A stretch of 64,000 bases of DNA from a virus (IMGVR_UViG_3300021400_002728:165154-229153), one strand, 5' to 3'; positions 30,764-41,414 are shown, counted from the first letter of the stretch. Numbers and translations: made by a program. Notes: generated by a model not told the origin, from the letters alone.

Positions 30764-31358
30764 GATTAGCCTCCTTTATATTCACATCAAGAACATTATA
30801 TGGAATATGAATATCTTCCTTAGCTAATTTTTGAAGTAAAGTTTCTTTAATCCAAGAACAAGCTTTAAAGTTATCTTCTACTGAATTAGTAATAACAAAA
30901 AATGAATAACCTACGTAAGAATCCTTAAAGTTTATAAAAATACTTGGTGTGCTTGCTACAGTCCATTCACATAGATCAATAGTATCAGCAATAGCACTTT
31001 TAATTATATCAGATGTAGTAGGATTCTCAGCATCAGGGTAACTAACAGGAAGTTCTACGATATATCTATTATGTTCTTCTTTTCCATTGTAGCTATTCTT
31101 AATTACTGCTTGATCTACTTTACAGTTTGGAATAACTATTTCAGCATTAGTCTGAATGTCATGAATGACGATATGTCGAATATTTCTTCTAGCAACGGTT
31201 CCTGTATAGGATGTGCCATCTACAAATATTTCAACTCTATCGCCATTATGAACATCAGAAAATAATCTAAAAATTAAACCATGAATTATATTGGTTATTC
31301 CTTCTTGTAAAATAAATGTTGCAATAGCTACACATAATGTTATAACTGCTGCACTCAT
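30756..31358 (-). CDS. short MscS-family mechanosensitive channel protein
   Basis: N-terminal TM, NIIHG, GDRVEI..GTV....R...I......IPN, IHIPY. Confidence 0.75.
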   Translation of the reverse strand: MSAAVITLCVAIATFILQEGITNIIHGLIFRLFSDVHNGDRVEIFVDGTSYTGTVARRNIRHIVIHDIQTNAEIVIPNCKVDQAVIKNSYNGKEEHNRYIVELPVSYPDAENPTTSDIIKSAIADTIDLCEWTVASTPSIFINFKDSYVGYSFFVITNSVEDNFKACSWIKETLLQKLAKEDIHIPYNVLDVNIKEANHG

Positions 31359-31370
31359 AATTTCCTTCCT

Positions 31371-31763
31371 TTAGATATATTCAGTCTGAATATATTGAGC
31401 TAAATATTTCATCAAGTTACCATAGGCCTGTTGCTGATCTCCCTGAAAATCTCCTAAGAAATATACAAAGTCAGAATTAACTATATGATATATCTCACCA
31501 TTAAGTGTAAGAGTTGCATCTTCTTCATCATAAGTAACTTCTCTGAGTCCAGCTAATCTTAAAGGCTTATCAAGTTTTACTGTAAATGGTCCATTAAAAA
31601 TATCATCTGCTGAACAGTTGAGATCTGTACCATTACAGCAAAACGCTATAATATGAAATGTGAAAGTATTTGATTGATCGTCTACATTAAATACACACGA
31701 GAATAGATCAATCTTAGTCTTTCAACCATATTTTTTCCAATCAACCTTATTATAATCAAACAT
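31371..31763 (-). pseudogene. hypothetical gene with in-frame TGA at codon 14 (31722-31724)
   Basis: AAGGAG RBS, MFDYNKVDWKKYG*KTKIDLFS... otherwise open to TAA at 31371. Confidence 0.6.
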
Positions 31764-31768
31764 GATTA

Positions 31769-32230
31769 TCACTCCTTATTGGTTGGGTACTTAACTGCAC
31801 TATTTCTCTGAAGTCTATCACAGAAATCAAGGAAAGCTTCCTTATCTTCAGGATTAGAGAATGGTACAGTAAAGGTAAGAGCACCATGTCCTTCAATAGT
31901 TCTATCAGGTTCGATCTTAAGTAATAACTTACCTGTACTATCATATACGCTAAAGTTCTTTGCTTCAGTCTTATAGTTAGGATTGTTAGCATAAACTTCA
32001 TCATCTTCAAGCATTTCAGGTAAGTAATCTGGTAAGTTACGATTAACTTCTTCCTGAGCTTCCTTAGCAGTCATACCATCTATTTCTATATTTACTGGGA
32101 TTTGTTCAAGCTCACCCATAAGTTCAACTACCATTCCATTTGCCGCATCAGCATTTAATGCAATATCAAGATATTTTGATAATGTTTCTCTAGAATACAT
32201 AATATAATCCTCCTTTATTAGTATATACAA
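31769..32230 (-). CDS. hypothetical protein
   Basis: ORF; likely start MYSRET. Confidence 0.65.
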   Translation of the reverse strand: MYILIKEDYIMYSRETLSKYLDIALNADAANGMVVELMGELEQIPVNIEIDGMTAKEAQEEVNRNLPDYLPEMLEDDEVYANNPNYKTEAKNFSVYDSTGKLLLKIEPDRTIEGHGALTFTVPFSNPEDKEAFLDFCDRLQRNSAVKYPTNKE

Positions 32231-32424
32231 ATTTCAATAGTTAATGTAGTTCCATCAACTTCCCATCTTAAAACATCTGCATCATTCCAACCTTTATCTA
32301 CGATTGTAGATGCAAGATCACCATATTTGCCATCATATAGTTGATTGTTGGAATCTTTCCATCCATCTAAAAGAATGACTCGTTCAATATTTTTAGCTGT
32401 AGCTAAGAACATTTTCAAATTCAT
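32218..32424 (-). CDS. small hypothetical protein (paralogue family)
   Basis: MNLKMFL...LYDG. Confidence 0.65.
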   Translation of the reverse strand: MNLKMFLATAKNIERVILLDGWKDSNNQLYDGKYGDLASTIVDKGWNDADVLRWEVDGTTLTIEICIY

Positions 32425-32444
32425 GATTATACCTCCCTTAAAAA

Positions 32445-32509
32445 ATATGACTTGCTTCCTATTATAAGAAACAAGTCATTTTTCACCATCCACTATTATA
32501 ATTAAATAG
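32445..32509 (-). repeat. leader element copy 6
   Basis: matches consensus. Confidence 0.85.
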
Positions 32510-32529
32510 TCTTTGTGATGGATTTAGGC

Positions 32530-32784
32530 TTAATCATCATCTCTACCAATAAATGTAAGAGATTTTACTGGATGTATTCCATATTTTTCAAATACTAACT
32601 GTGCTTGATCTACTTGTACATCAGAAAGTCTATCATAGAACATTCTACCATTAGTGGTAACTACATAACAGTCGTCACCTCTAACTAAATCACACTTACC
32701 AACTGTACCAGTAATAATAAAACAACCTGCACCAGTTAAAAATGATAAGTTACCAGAAGCGAAACTGCAAAAGTACTTATTCAT
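32530..32784 (-). CDS. hypothetical protein
   Basis: ORF with RBS. Confidence 0.6.
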   Translation of the reverse strand: MNKYFCSFASGNLSFLTGAGCFIITGTVGKCDLVRGDDCYVVTTNGRMFYDRLSDVQVDQAQLVFEKYGIHPVKSLTFIGRDDD

Positions 32785-32798
32785 ATTACTTACCTCGC

Positions 32799-33302
32799 TT
32801 AATCAGCTACAAGTTTTACTGGATTATCATACTCATTATCTAATACTTTTTGAATATCTATAATATCTTGATTAGATAATTCAAAAATCTTTTTAATTTC
32901 ATCAAATGTTAATGGATCCTTAAATTCAGTCGGTTCGTACTCATAACAATCTGGTTCAATCCAATATAGATCACCAGATGAATCAAATTCATCATATTCG
33001 TCCTCATCTCCATATTGGCAAGCTAATGAATAACAACTATCATATATGTTTTCAGCGATATCAGCTGTAACATATCCATTAGATTGATAACCATCAGTAT
33101 ATAAGCTTAAGTTTTCAGCTAATGTCATAAATTTGTCTTTTAATTCATCTGGTACGTTCTGTGTTCTTAATTCATAAATATCATCTCTTTCATGGTTCCA
33201 ATCAAAATATTCCAATACTTCAAAAAATTGAGATTCTGTTTTAATGTCTTTATTTATACTTTGGAAAAATTCAGCATAAAATTCTAATATTTCTTGTGTC
33301 AT
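32799..33302 (-). CDS. hypothetical acidic protein
   Basis: ORF with GGAGG RBS. Confidence 0.65.
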   Translation of the reverse strand: MTQEILEFYAEFFQSINKDIKTESQFFEVLEYFDWNHERDDIYELRTQNVPDELKDKFMTLAENLSLYTDGYQSNGYVTADIAENIYDSCYSLACQYGDEDEYDEFDSSGDLYWIEPDCYEYEPTEFKDPLTFDEIKKIFELSNQDIIDIQKVLDNEYDNPVKLVAD

Positions 33303-33316
33303 AATAAAAATCCTCC

Positions 33317-33802
33317 TTAATTATACCAACCTGGTTGTTCATATTTCTTTTTCATTTCAGGAAGACAATCTGGACAACATCTACCTGCAAATGAATATCT
33401 TTTCTGATCCTTATAAGGAACTACTTTTCCACATACTGGACATGTTTCCATTGCCGTTCTAGCCTTACCAACTACATCTGATAAACTACAACCACCATCT
33501 AGATCATTGATGATATTCTTTCCAGAATAAATAGAACCATTACGTTCAATAGCTTCCCAAACATCAATGCCACGTTTTCTAGGACAAATATATAGACCTA
33601 ATATATCCTCACCCATATCTTCAATTCTATAGATAATATTGATTGATACTGGGCCAGATGATTCATCTAATAAAATGTCAGCCAAACCATTTTCACCGGC
33701 TTCTCTATAGATAGGATCATTTTTGATGTCCATATTGTCCCAAACTCTTTCTATGGCACAAGCATCTTCAAATGAAATTATTCTACTCATAATAACCTCC
33801 AT
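33317..33802 (-). CDS. hypothetical protein with C-terminal Zn finger
   Basis: CPVCG...AGRCCPDC. Confidence 0.65.
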   Translation of the reverse strand: MEVIMSRIISFEDACAIERVWDNMDIKNDPIYREAGENGLADILLDESSGPVSINIIYRIEDMGEDILGLYICPRKRGIDVWEAIERNGSIYSGKNIINDLDGGCSLSDVVGKARTAMETCPVCGKVVPYKDQKRYSFAGRCCPDCLPEMKKKYEQPGWYN

Positions 33803-34143
33803 TAATAATGTACTAATTTAACTACCAAACCATAACTATCATCATTATAAGAGCTTTCTACGTTATAATTATCAAAGAAATATTCTCTTAAGAAAGCTTC
33901 ATCAGATAATTGTTCTAGTTTAGTAAAATCTTCATCCTGAATAAAGATATTTTCATGCCACAGATCAATATCATGATTTTCTAAATATGACTGATGATCA
34001 CCATAATAATCTACCATATGATCATCTGTTGGATCATAACCAGCTCTTTCTGCCATATCACAATAAATATCCCAATCAAATGAAATACAGAACCCTGATG
34101 TAGGATTAAGTTTATGTTGTTTCTTAAATTCTTTGAAGGTCAT
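33802..34143 (-). CDS. hypothetical protein
   Basis: ORF with RBS. Confidence 0.65.
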   Translation of the reverse strand: MTFKEFKKQHKLNPTSGFCISFDWDIYCDMAERAGYDPTDDHMVDYYGDHQSYLENHDIDLWHENIFIQDEDFTKLEQLSDEAFLREYFFDNYNVESSYNDDSYGLVVKLVHY

Positions 34144-34144
34144 A

Positions 34145-34435
34145 TTATCTACCTCCCTTCACGATTACCCAAGCTCTAACCCAATCATCAGAATAATCTC
34201 CATCTTGACATCCATCTGCTGGCTTAACAATAGTAAGATCATTCTTTTCAGCAAAACGTTCAATCCATCTTTTGGCCTTTTCTACAGAGGTATTTTTGAA
34301 ATCAGCTTCAATCTCAAAGGTACCGTCCTGTTTCTCATATACATTTATTGTATCTGCTTCACCAGATGCAGGATAATCTCCTCTACGATGCTGATAATCA
34401 TCTGTGGCTAATGCTAGAATTTCTTCTCTATTCAT
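34145..34435 (-). CDS. hypothetical protein
   Basis: ORF with GGAGG RBS. Confidence 0.65.
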   Translation of the reverse strand: MNREEILALATDDYQHRRGDYPASGEADTINVYEKQDGTFEIEADFKNTSVEKAKRWIERFAEKNDLTIVKPADGCQDGDYSDDWVRAWVIVKGGR

Positions 34436-34445
34436 ATTAGCCTCC

Positions 34446-34765
34446 TTATAAACTACCTATTACTTCGCCGTTGATTTCTATATTATCAGTGTCATATACT
34501 TTTATATAACCTACTGGTTCTACTTTTATATCATTAAAATCAGTAATTTCATCAAATAAATGTACATCAAAGAAATCATCTTCAAAAAATCTTTTATCTG
34601 AATTATAAGTATTTGCTAATTCAATTATATCATATACTTTATTAGATTTAGTAAGATAATAATCATCATCTATGTTATCTATTAACCAATCTTGTAAAGT
34701 ATCATAATCATCATCGTCAATATATGAAAGTACAAAGTTGGTGATCTAACAAATGTTAAAAGCAT
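34446..34765 (-). pseudogene. acidic hypothetical gene with a frameshift near its start
   Basis: GGAGG-ATG at 34765 is out of frame with a ~100-codon acidic frame ITNFVLSYIDDDDYDTLQDWL... ending TAA at 34446. Confidence 0.55.
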
Positions 34766-34778
34766 AGGTTATACCTCC

Positions 34779-35048
34779 TTATCCTACAGCTGACTTTAAT
34801 TCCTTAAAATCATAGTAACGTTTCTCATTATATTCTATATAAGAACAATCACCATCAGAGTTTAATACAATTTTCATAGATCCAGCTTCAAACATATTAA
34901 AGTATGGTCTATTAAACTCTTTTATTTTTGACAGTTCATCTAAATGAAAAGGCATTCTTTTACCATATCTTTGAAGTGTACGATTTATGTTCTTTTCAAG
35001 AATTTCAATTACTTTCTTGCCATCCATAACTCTACCTCCATTAACCAT
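34779..35048 (-). CDS. hypothetical protein
   Basis: ORF; likely start MDGKKV. Confidence 0.6.
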   Translation of the reverse strand: MVNGGRVMDGKKVIEILEKNINRTLQRYGKRMPFHLDELSKIKEFNRPYFNMFEAGSMKIVLNSDGDCSYIEYNEKRYYDFKELKSAVG

Positions 35049-35331
35049 CCTCTTCTACTGAATTACATCCACTACAAGTAATAGGTTTTGTAGTAAGATA
35101 TATACTTGCAAAAGGCTGTGTTCCATCTGCTTCAACTTTTACTATGTGATACGTATCATTATCATTAAAATTTGTAACATTAGGTTCTTTAAATGATAAT
35201 TCACCACTTTCAAATCTGTCATAGTCACCTTTACGAAGAACTTTTGTAAGAACTTCATTTATATCACCATTTGAAACTGGTGCAATACGAGTGTCCATAC
35301 TACCGAAAAATGTACATACAGCAATATACAT
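35041..35331 (-). CDS. hypothetical protein
   Basis: ORF with GGAGG RBS. Confidence 0.65.
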   Translation of the reverse strand: MYIAVCTFFGSMDTRIAPVSNGDINEVLTKVLRKGDYDRFESGELSFKEPNVTNFNDNDTYHIVKVEADGTQPFASIYLTTKPITCSGCNSVEEDG

Positions 35332-35345
35332 AATTTTTTACCTCC

Positions 35346-35729
35346 TTAAAATTCATAATATTCATCACACGGTATACCATTTTTATTTAACCACTTAGCT
35401 ACTAAATGTCTATGACAGAAATCAGACGGTTTCTCGTAACATATAAGAGCAATATCTTTTCCTCTAGACATTTTAGAAAGTTCTTCATATATAGTTTTAA
35501 CATCTAATAGATTTAAGACTTCTGAATCAAAATGTTCTATATAATAATCATTATCATGAGTCTTTTTCCATTCCATAAAGAATCCATACTTAGGTGCTAA
35601 CTTCTTATATTGAAGTCCAGTATACCAGTCAGGAGCCTTACCACATATAGATATTGGAACTATACTTTCTGGAAGGCTCCTCAATTTTGCAAAATAAGAC
35701 GTATATATTTTCATTTTTCTCATCCTCAC
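35346..35729 (-). CDS. DUF488-like protein
   Basis: IYTSYF, LAP, ALICYEKP.DFCHRHLVA.WL. Confidence 0.75.
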   Translation of the reverse strand: MRMRKMKIYTSYFAKLRSLPESIVPISICGKAPDWYTGLQYKKLAPKYGFFMEWKKTHDNDYYIEHFDSEVLNLLDVKTIYEELSKMSRGKDIALICYEKPSDFCHRHLVAKWLNKNGIPCDEYYEF

Positions 35730-35738
35730 TTTTTATGA

Positions 35739-36785
35739 TTATTTTTTAGGCTTAACTAAAACTCTAAAATGATAGCATTGTCCATGGCGTCCTGAATCAA
35801 GAATAACATGTTCATTATAACCACCTGCTCCGATAGTTTCGACTTCAGCTTTTCCATCTTTACCAATAATGTAACCATTAAGATTACCATCATCTGCAAT
35901 GTAAAGATATTGAGCATCAATAATCTCACCAGTAATCTTAGAAACTCTAGTCATAAGATCAATAAGTTTGTTATTCTTTTCCTGTTCAATTTGTTTATCT
36001 AACCAATCAGGATCGAACTTACGAGATAACCATGCCTGGAAGAATCCGTCTCCGAATTTAGCTTTCCACTGCTCTTCATTTCTGACATACTTAGGATGCT
36101 CATCTGGATCATTCTTATCTCTATAACCGAAGTGAATTAAGTTAATGTATTCATAATTGTTGTTAGGTTTGAATCCTTCATTAAGAGTGTCAATGATTCT
36201 ATTGAATCTGTCTTCACTCTTCCAGCAATACTTCTGAATAAACTCTTCTTTATTCTCTTCAACAAGTCTATTGACTATTTCTACGAGACATTCATAATAT
36301 AGCTTATCTCGAGTCTCTTGGTATTCCTGTAAGGCCTCAGGATATTCTTCTGCTTTCTTAGTATAATATTCTATTACTCTAGATTTCCATTCATTCAGGA
36401 ACTCCTTGATAACTCTAGGGACTGAATCTTGAATATACTGTAACTTAACTTCTTCAAGTCTAAGTTTTTCTTGCCAAATCTTAACACCTTCTTGTGCAGC
36501 TTTAAGCTTTTTAAGATTATCATTAATAGATGATTCCTTATCTCTTATATCACAAGCCGTCCAATATAATTCATGATAGAAAGGTTGATTTTGATAGTCA
36601 TAATACCAATTTGGATTATCACATACATCATCATAAGTTATTCCAAGGTTATTTTGCTCCATGATCTTATTGAGAGCCATAACTTTCTTTTCACCTTGAG
36701 TCTTATGACGTTCAATAGTCTTTTCGATCTTTGCACATTTTTCTTCTGCAAGTCGAACTTTTTCTTTTAGCTCATCAATAGTCAT
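35739..36785 (-). CDS. coiled-coil hypothetical protein
   Basis: C-terminal LNG.IIG..GKA.VETIGAGGYN...QCYHFRVLV. Confidence 0.7.
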   Translation of the reverse strand: MTIDELKEKVRLAEEKCAKIEKTIERHKTQGEKKVMALNKIMEQNNLGITYDDVCDNPNWYYDYQNQPFYHELYWTACDIRDKESSINDNLKKLKAAQEGVKIWQEKLRLEEVKLQYIQDSVPRVIKEFLNEWKSRVIEYYTKKAEEYPEALQEYQETRDKLYYECLVEIVNRLVEENKEEFIQKYCWKSEDRFNRIIDTLNEGFKPNNNYEYINLIHFGYRDKNDPDEHPKYVRNEEQWKAKFGDGFFQAWLSRKFDPDWLDKQIEQEKNNKLIDLMTRVSKITGEIIDAQYLYIADDGNLNGYIIGKDGKAEVETIGAGGYNEHVILDSGRHGQCYHFRVLVKPKK

Positions 36786-36796
36786 AGTTATGCTCC

Positions 36797-37246
36797 TTAT
36801 TTAATGATTGCTACACCAAATATATTTTCAATCTTATCAATCTGCTCATGCGCGTTAACAATATTAGTATATGTGTCTTTAGCATACTGATTAAGTTTTT
36901 CACCAATTGAGGTAAATTCTACATTGATCTCAGTAGTATCTTCAATATAATTTGGATAATAAGATATTCCATTTCTGGTTATAATCATTTCAGAATATGG
37001 ATCTCTACTTGGCTTAATATCAAAAGGTAATCCAGCAGGAACCCAAATATCATCACCATTTGAATCAATTCTGCAACTAAATTTTTCTGCAGCTTCTTTA
37101 GCGACAACTTTATCATTATTATCATATAAACTAAGTTGATCAATCATAATTGGTTCAGCAAAACTAAACTTACCACTTTCAAATATAAGTTCAAATAATT
37201 CTTTATTGTCTGAATATAAAATTGGTTTAAGATCTTTATAAAGCAT
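36797..37246 (-). CDS. hypothetical protein
   Basis: start MLYKDL behind GGAGG. Confidence 0.65.
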   Translation of the reverse strand: MLYKDLKPILYSDNKELFELIFESGKFSFAEPIMIDQLSLYDNNDKVVAKEAAEKFSCRIDSNGDDIWVPAGLPFDIKPSRDPYSEMIITRNGISYYPNYIEDTTEINVEFTSIGEKLNQYAKDTYTNIVNAHEQIDKIENIFGVAIIK

Positions 37247-37267
37247 ATATATGCCTCCTTTCAAACC

Positions 37268-37329
37268 AAATGACCCGCCTCATATGAGACAAGTCATTTT
37301 TCGCATCTACACTATTTATAATTAAATAG
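37268..37329 (-). repeat. leader element copy 7
   Basis: matches consensus; G-U pairs on minus strand. Confidence 0.85.
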
Positions 37330-37339
37330 CACTTAATAT

Positions 37340-37795
37340 TCATACATGTACATCTTCTTTATATTTTATAATGTGATCCCAACCTTCCATATAAGTAGGT
37401 TCTTCATATACACTAACCATTCTATCAAACTCAGCATCTTCAACCTTAGCATAACCAGTTCGCATATTGTTTCTATACTTACATAATGACAGAGGTGTAT
37501 CTACTAGACAACAAGTTTTATCACAGGCAAAGTCTCGAATCAAACTCAGGAACTTTCTTCTACGTCTGACTGTTAGATTAGTAGAATCATAAACTATATC
37601 CTTTTTAGCCATCATATCTACTAATATTCGTTCATGTAGAATATCAAACACTCTCTGAGTATCATCGAGACTATGCAAGTTTAGTTCATTTCTTATTGTA
37701 TCAGGTGAATGAACTACATAACCTTTATTTTTGTATTCCTTAGCTAGAGTACTTTTACCTGCACCAGGAAAACCAACTAACATAACTAATTTCAT
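37340..37795 (-). CDS. P-loop kinase, polynucleotide-kinase-like (AAA_33)
   Basis: LVGFPGAGKST, SPDTIR, YDSTN, RN..R, P...EGWD. Confidence 0.8.
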   Translation of the reverse strand: MKLVMLVGFPGAGKSTLAKEYKNKGYVVHSPDTIRNELNLHSLDDTQRVFDILHERILVDMMAKKDIVYDSTNLTVRRRRKFLSLIRDFACDKTCCLVDTPLSLCKYRNNMRTGYAKVEDAEFDRMVSVYEEPTYMEGWDHIIKYKEDVHV

Positions 37796-37831
37796 TTTTT
37801 AATCATCCTTACTTTTCATATTAAGCACATC

Positions 37832-38233
37832 TTAATTACTTACACTAATAACTAATAGTTCTGAATCAATTATATCTGTACCAGTATTTTCAGTAAATTC
37901 AATAATATCATGTAGTATTTCTAGTAAAGTGTGTTCAGTTTTATATTTACAAGTTAATATAATTTTTGATTTTTTATTATCGGATTTTTCTAGTTGTACA
38001 TCAGTATAAATATGGTTATACTTGCTATAGTTATCATCCATAGTATTATTAATTTGTTCTAATATTTCAGATTTTTTATCATCAAAAGTTTGGATATTAG
38101 TATCAACAAATTTAGCTGAATCAAAATATACTGAAAATTGAACATTATATTTTGTTGTAGTATCAGCATATAATTCAGAAAATTTTAAAAGATGTATTAT
38201 ATCAAGTTGTATTATATCACCTTCATGCCACAT
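37832..38233 (-). CDS. hypothetical protein
   Basis: ORF with GGAGG RBS. Confidence 0.6.
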   Translation of the reverse strand: MWHEGDIIQLDIIHLLKFSELYADTTTKYNVQFSVYFDSAKFVDTNIQTFDDKKSEILEQINNTMDDNYSKYNHIYTDVQLEKSDNKKSKIILTCKYKTEHTLLEILHDIIEFTENTGTDIIDSELLVISVSN

Positions 38234-38293
38234 AATTGTAACCTCCGTATTTTTATAAGTTTTGCTTAGTTAAGATTATCTATATTAATCTCC

Positions 38294-38512
38294 CTAAAAA
38301 TCATTTTCTATAAAGTTTTTGAATAGGTCTATAATGTCTCTAGAATTAGCAATAACTTTACGATCTTCATAACCATCCTCAGTACCAATATATGCCATAT
38401 AATTTCCATCTTCAAAATGTAAAGCTACTTTAATAACTGTATCAAGTTTAGCTTCAGGATCTACTTCATAATTTTCATGCCATCTTTCTTCTAATTTTTC
38501 TACAGGTACCAT
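38294..38512 (-). CDS. hypothetical protein
   Basis: ORF with GGAGG RBS. Confidence 0.6.
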   Translation of the reverse strand: MVPVEKLEERWHENYEVDPEAKLDTVIKVALHFEDGNYMAYIGTEDGYEDRKVIANSRDIIDLFKNFIENDF

Positions 38513-38522
38513 ATTATACCTC

Positions 38523-39224
38523 CTAATGATAATTTTCTACATTAGTTACTACGAATACATATTCTTTTTCATTACCAAATTTACCTTTATAAGTATATTG
38601 AGCAAGCATTGGATATTTTTCAGAAGGACCGCCGTATTCATTTACTATAAATACAGCTTTCTCATCATATACATTACTTATTGCCTGTCTAATAGTAACA
38701 GAATCTGGCATATAAGCAATTTCATCTGATACTTTACCAATTTCTCGTATACTCTTATGAACATTTGAGATTATATCATTTATTTTATCTTTTACTGTAC
38801 TTATAGTTGAGTTAGTTAACATAATTTCTCCACTATGTTTATCTAACCATGTAAATGATACATTATTAAGTTTAAGCTGTACAAAGATATATAATCTATC
38901 ATAATTTTCCTGTTTAGCATCAATAACTTCTGGTGCAAAATTTTTAGTATGACTCATTACAAAATCTTCTACTAATGATGGATCCCAATTACGTTCATTA
39001 CTGCCATAAATACTTACTACAATAGGAGTAGTTATAATAAGATCTCCTTCATAAGTATGTTTTTCAATATTCTTTTCATATTCAGCTTGTTTCTTCTTTT
39101 CTTCGGCTTCGCGGTTAGCTCTATAAGCAGCCTCTCGACCTTCATCAGTTATTTCACTTTTACCTATATCAAATGGATTACCACCAGCATGACTCATAGA
39201 CCAAATGGTAAAATAAGCTCCCAT
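38523..39224 (-). CDS. hypothetical protein
   Basis: ORF with GGAGG RBS. Confidence 0.65.
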   Translation of the reverse strand: MGAYFTIWSMSHAGGNPFDIGKSEITDEGREAAYRANREAEEKKKQAEYEKNIEKHTYEGDLIITTPIVVSIYGSNERNWDPSLVEDFVMSHTKNFAPEVIDAKQENYDRLYIFVQLKLNNVSFTWLDKHSGEIMLTNSTISTVKDKINDIISNVHKSIREIGKVSDEIAYMPDSVTIRQAISNVYDEKAVFIVNEYGGPSEKYPMLAQYTYKGKFGNEKEYVFVVTNVENYH

Positions 39225-39242
39225 AATAACCTCCTATCAGAT

Positions 39243-39305
39243 AAAATGACCTACCTCTTTCAAGATAAGTCATTTTTCACAATCCATACTATTATATATA
39301 AATAG
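39243..39305 (-). repeat. leader element copy 8
   Basis: matches consensus. Confidence 0.85.
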
Positions 39306-39308
39306 TTC

Positions 39309-39842
39309 TTAATAGCTAATGTTATCGTAAAAAACATCATCATCGATTTCTTCACCATAGACATGCTCAATTTCGATGATTTCTATCCAACCTTGATTAT
39401 GGAAAAGCTTTAATATATCATCTTTTACTTTATTTCTAGCTGGACATTCTTCTTTCTTAAGTGGAAATCCTGTGTAGTCAAATTCAAGCTCTGCTGGTTC
39501 TGGTGGAGAATATCTATCTCCTGGATATGCAGGTGATACTACATGAATATCAGCTGAAACATCAGCTGTAATAGTAATATCGTCATCATCGAAGTTATCT
39601 ACTTCAAAATCATCTGCATCTTCCATAAGTGAGCTGAGAATATCAAATACATCCTCTTCTACTTTATAGAAGTCACTTTCTAAAATTTCATTCACGCGTT
39701 CTTCAGTAACATCATCAGCCCATTTAAGAATGATTCTAATAGTTTGACGACCATGAGTAGTAGTTGGTCCATCATCATAATCGTCATATCTATCTGAGGA
39801 AGAACTATTAGTTTCAAATAATTTATTTCTAATCTTTAGCAT
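39309..39842 (-). CDS. FETNSSS-motif family protein
   Basis: MLKIRNKLFETNSSSS behind GGAGG. Confidence 0.75.
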   Translation of the reverse strand: MLKIRNKLFETNSSSSDRYDDYDDGPTTTHGRQTIRIILKWADDVTEERVNEILESDFYKVEEDVFDILSSLMEDADDFEVDNFDDDDITITADVSADIHVVSPAYPGDRYSPPEPAELEFDYTGFPLKKEECPARNKVKDDILKLFHNQGWIEIIEIEHVYGEEIDDDVFYDNISY

Positions 39843-39843
39843 G

Positions 39844-40230
39844 TTATTTACCTCCTTCAAAAATTGGTCTACCTAAGAATCCACCAAATTTAGTAAGTAC
39901 AACTACTTCATCTGTTGGTTCAAATGTTAGATTCTTTGTATTAACTGCTTTGCCTTCAGGTGAAATAGATAATGTTATATGTGGTACTGGAATAGCATTA
40001 TATAACTCTCTAAGTTCATCTGACTCGCATAATACTAACTGAACTTTATAGCCTTCGTTCACATTATCATTACCATATCCAGTAACAATAAACTTAGCCT
40101 CTTGACCATATAAATGTTCATGACTTACGGCAGGCTTATATTCAGTAGTTACATGCTTAAATTCAATATCTTTAGATAGTTTACTAGGTAATGTACCTTG
40201 TACAAAGAATGCTTCATATACTATATTCAT
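39844..40230 (-). CDS. 2H phosphoesterase family protein
   Basis: two HxT motifs: KHVT and PHITLS. Confidence 0.7.
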   Translation of the reverse strand: MNIVYEAFFVQGTLPSKLSKDIEFKHVTTEYKPAVSHEHLYGQEAKFIVTGYGNDNVNEGYKVQLVLCESDELRELYNAIPVPHITLSISPEGKAVNTKNLTFEPTDEVVVLTKFGGFLGRPIFEGGK

Positions 40231-40242
40231 AATAATTCTCCA

Positions 40243-40638
40243 TTAAGATTCTAATATTAATTCTAACTCTTCAAACATATTTGACCAGAAGTAATCTCCA
40301 TCATTATGATACCAGTCTTCGATAATTTTAAGCTCTTCATCAGTTAATTTTCTATTTGTAGTAACTTTTACATACCAATAACCCTCATTACCAAGACCCT
40401 CATCGTCATATATGTCATTGTCTCTAATATAATCTTCTTCTGATTCATAACCATCAAAGTCATTAGTTATTGCTATAATAGCGTCACTTAATGATTCTAC
40501 TATAGTATCATCAGATTTAAATGATTCAGTAACATCTTGATCTAATGTATTATACATAACATCTGATTTTTCTGCAAACTCACCTTTTGCGCCTTTAAGA
40601 TCAGATAACCATATTCTACCTGTGTAATTATATTCCAT
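40243..40638 (-). CDS. hypothetical acidic protein
   Basis: ORF with GGAGG RBS. Confidence 0.65.
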   Translation of the reverse strand: MEYNYTGRIWLSDLKGAKGEFAEKSDVMYNTLDQDVTESFKSDDTIVESLSDAIIAITNDFDGYESEEDYIRDNDIYDDEGLGNEGYWYVKVTTNRKLTDEELKIIEDWYHNDGDYFWSNMFEELELILES

Positions 40639-40692
40639 TTTTATTATACCTCCTAATTATCAACTAATAATTTAATATCACTAATACTATGC

Positions 40693-41103
40693 CTAAGCTA
40701 ATCCGTATTGTTCAAGATCATCTTCAGTAATGTCATTAATAGTATATCTGAACTCATTTTCGAGCTCAGCATAATGTTCCATAATGTAGAATATAATGTC
40801 ATTAGTAAGGTTATTCTTAGAATAACTACATACTACATTCATATTATACATATTAGTAATACCAGAATACTGAACTACAAGATAATCTTTCCACTGTTCC
40901 TTTGAAGGTTTATTGGTTACTTCTTCGTCTTCGTCAGAATTGAATACTAATACATAACCCTCATTTATGGCTTCAATAATATGTTCTTCAATAAACTTCT
41001 GAAGCTTAAAAATTTCATCATTTTCAGTCGGTAATAAACCTCTATTTCGTCTATTTTTAATAGAGAGTTCTCTATATCTTTTAATTGCATCTAAAATAGT
41101 CAT
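40693..41103 (-). CDS. hypothetical protein; C-terminal DUF5049-like motif
   Basis: VQYSGITNMYN. Confidence 0.6.
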   Translation of the reverse strand: MTILDAIKRYRELSIKNRRNRGLLPTENDEIFKLQKFIEEHIIEAINEGYVLVFNSDEDEEVTNKPSKEQWKDYLVVQYSGITNMYNMNVVCSYSKNNLTNDIIFYIMEHYAELENEFRYTINDITEDDLEQYGLA

Positions 41104-41111
41104 AATCTACC

Positions 41112-41414
41112 TCATTGTAAATTCTTTTCCCAGGCTACGTATACAATCCAATCAGAAGTTATAGATGTTATGACTAAGTCTTTTACATCCATATTCTTAA
41201 GTCTTATTTCAGGTACTCCACCTTGTATACCAACAAGATCTAATTCATCGTGAAGATCACAATAATCTTTGATTTTATCTACAAGATCTGTAAATCTGTT
41301 TGGTAAGTTCTGTACATCAAGTCTATCTCTTAAAACTGTATATGTGTCAGGAATAGAGTTTATACGTACTTCAAATGGAAAATCTACTACCTTTTGTAGA
41401 TCTCGTACTCTCAT
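41112..41414 (-). CDS. hypothetical protein
   Basis: ORF; likely start MRVRDL. Confidence 0.55.
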   Translation of the reverse strand: MRVRDLQKVVDFPFEVRINSIPDTYTVLRDRLDVQNLPNRFTDLVDKIKDYCDLHDELDLVGIQGGVPEIRLKNMDVKDLVITSITSDWIVYVAWEKNLQ

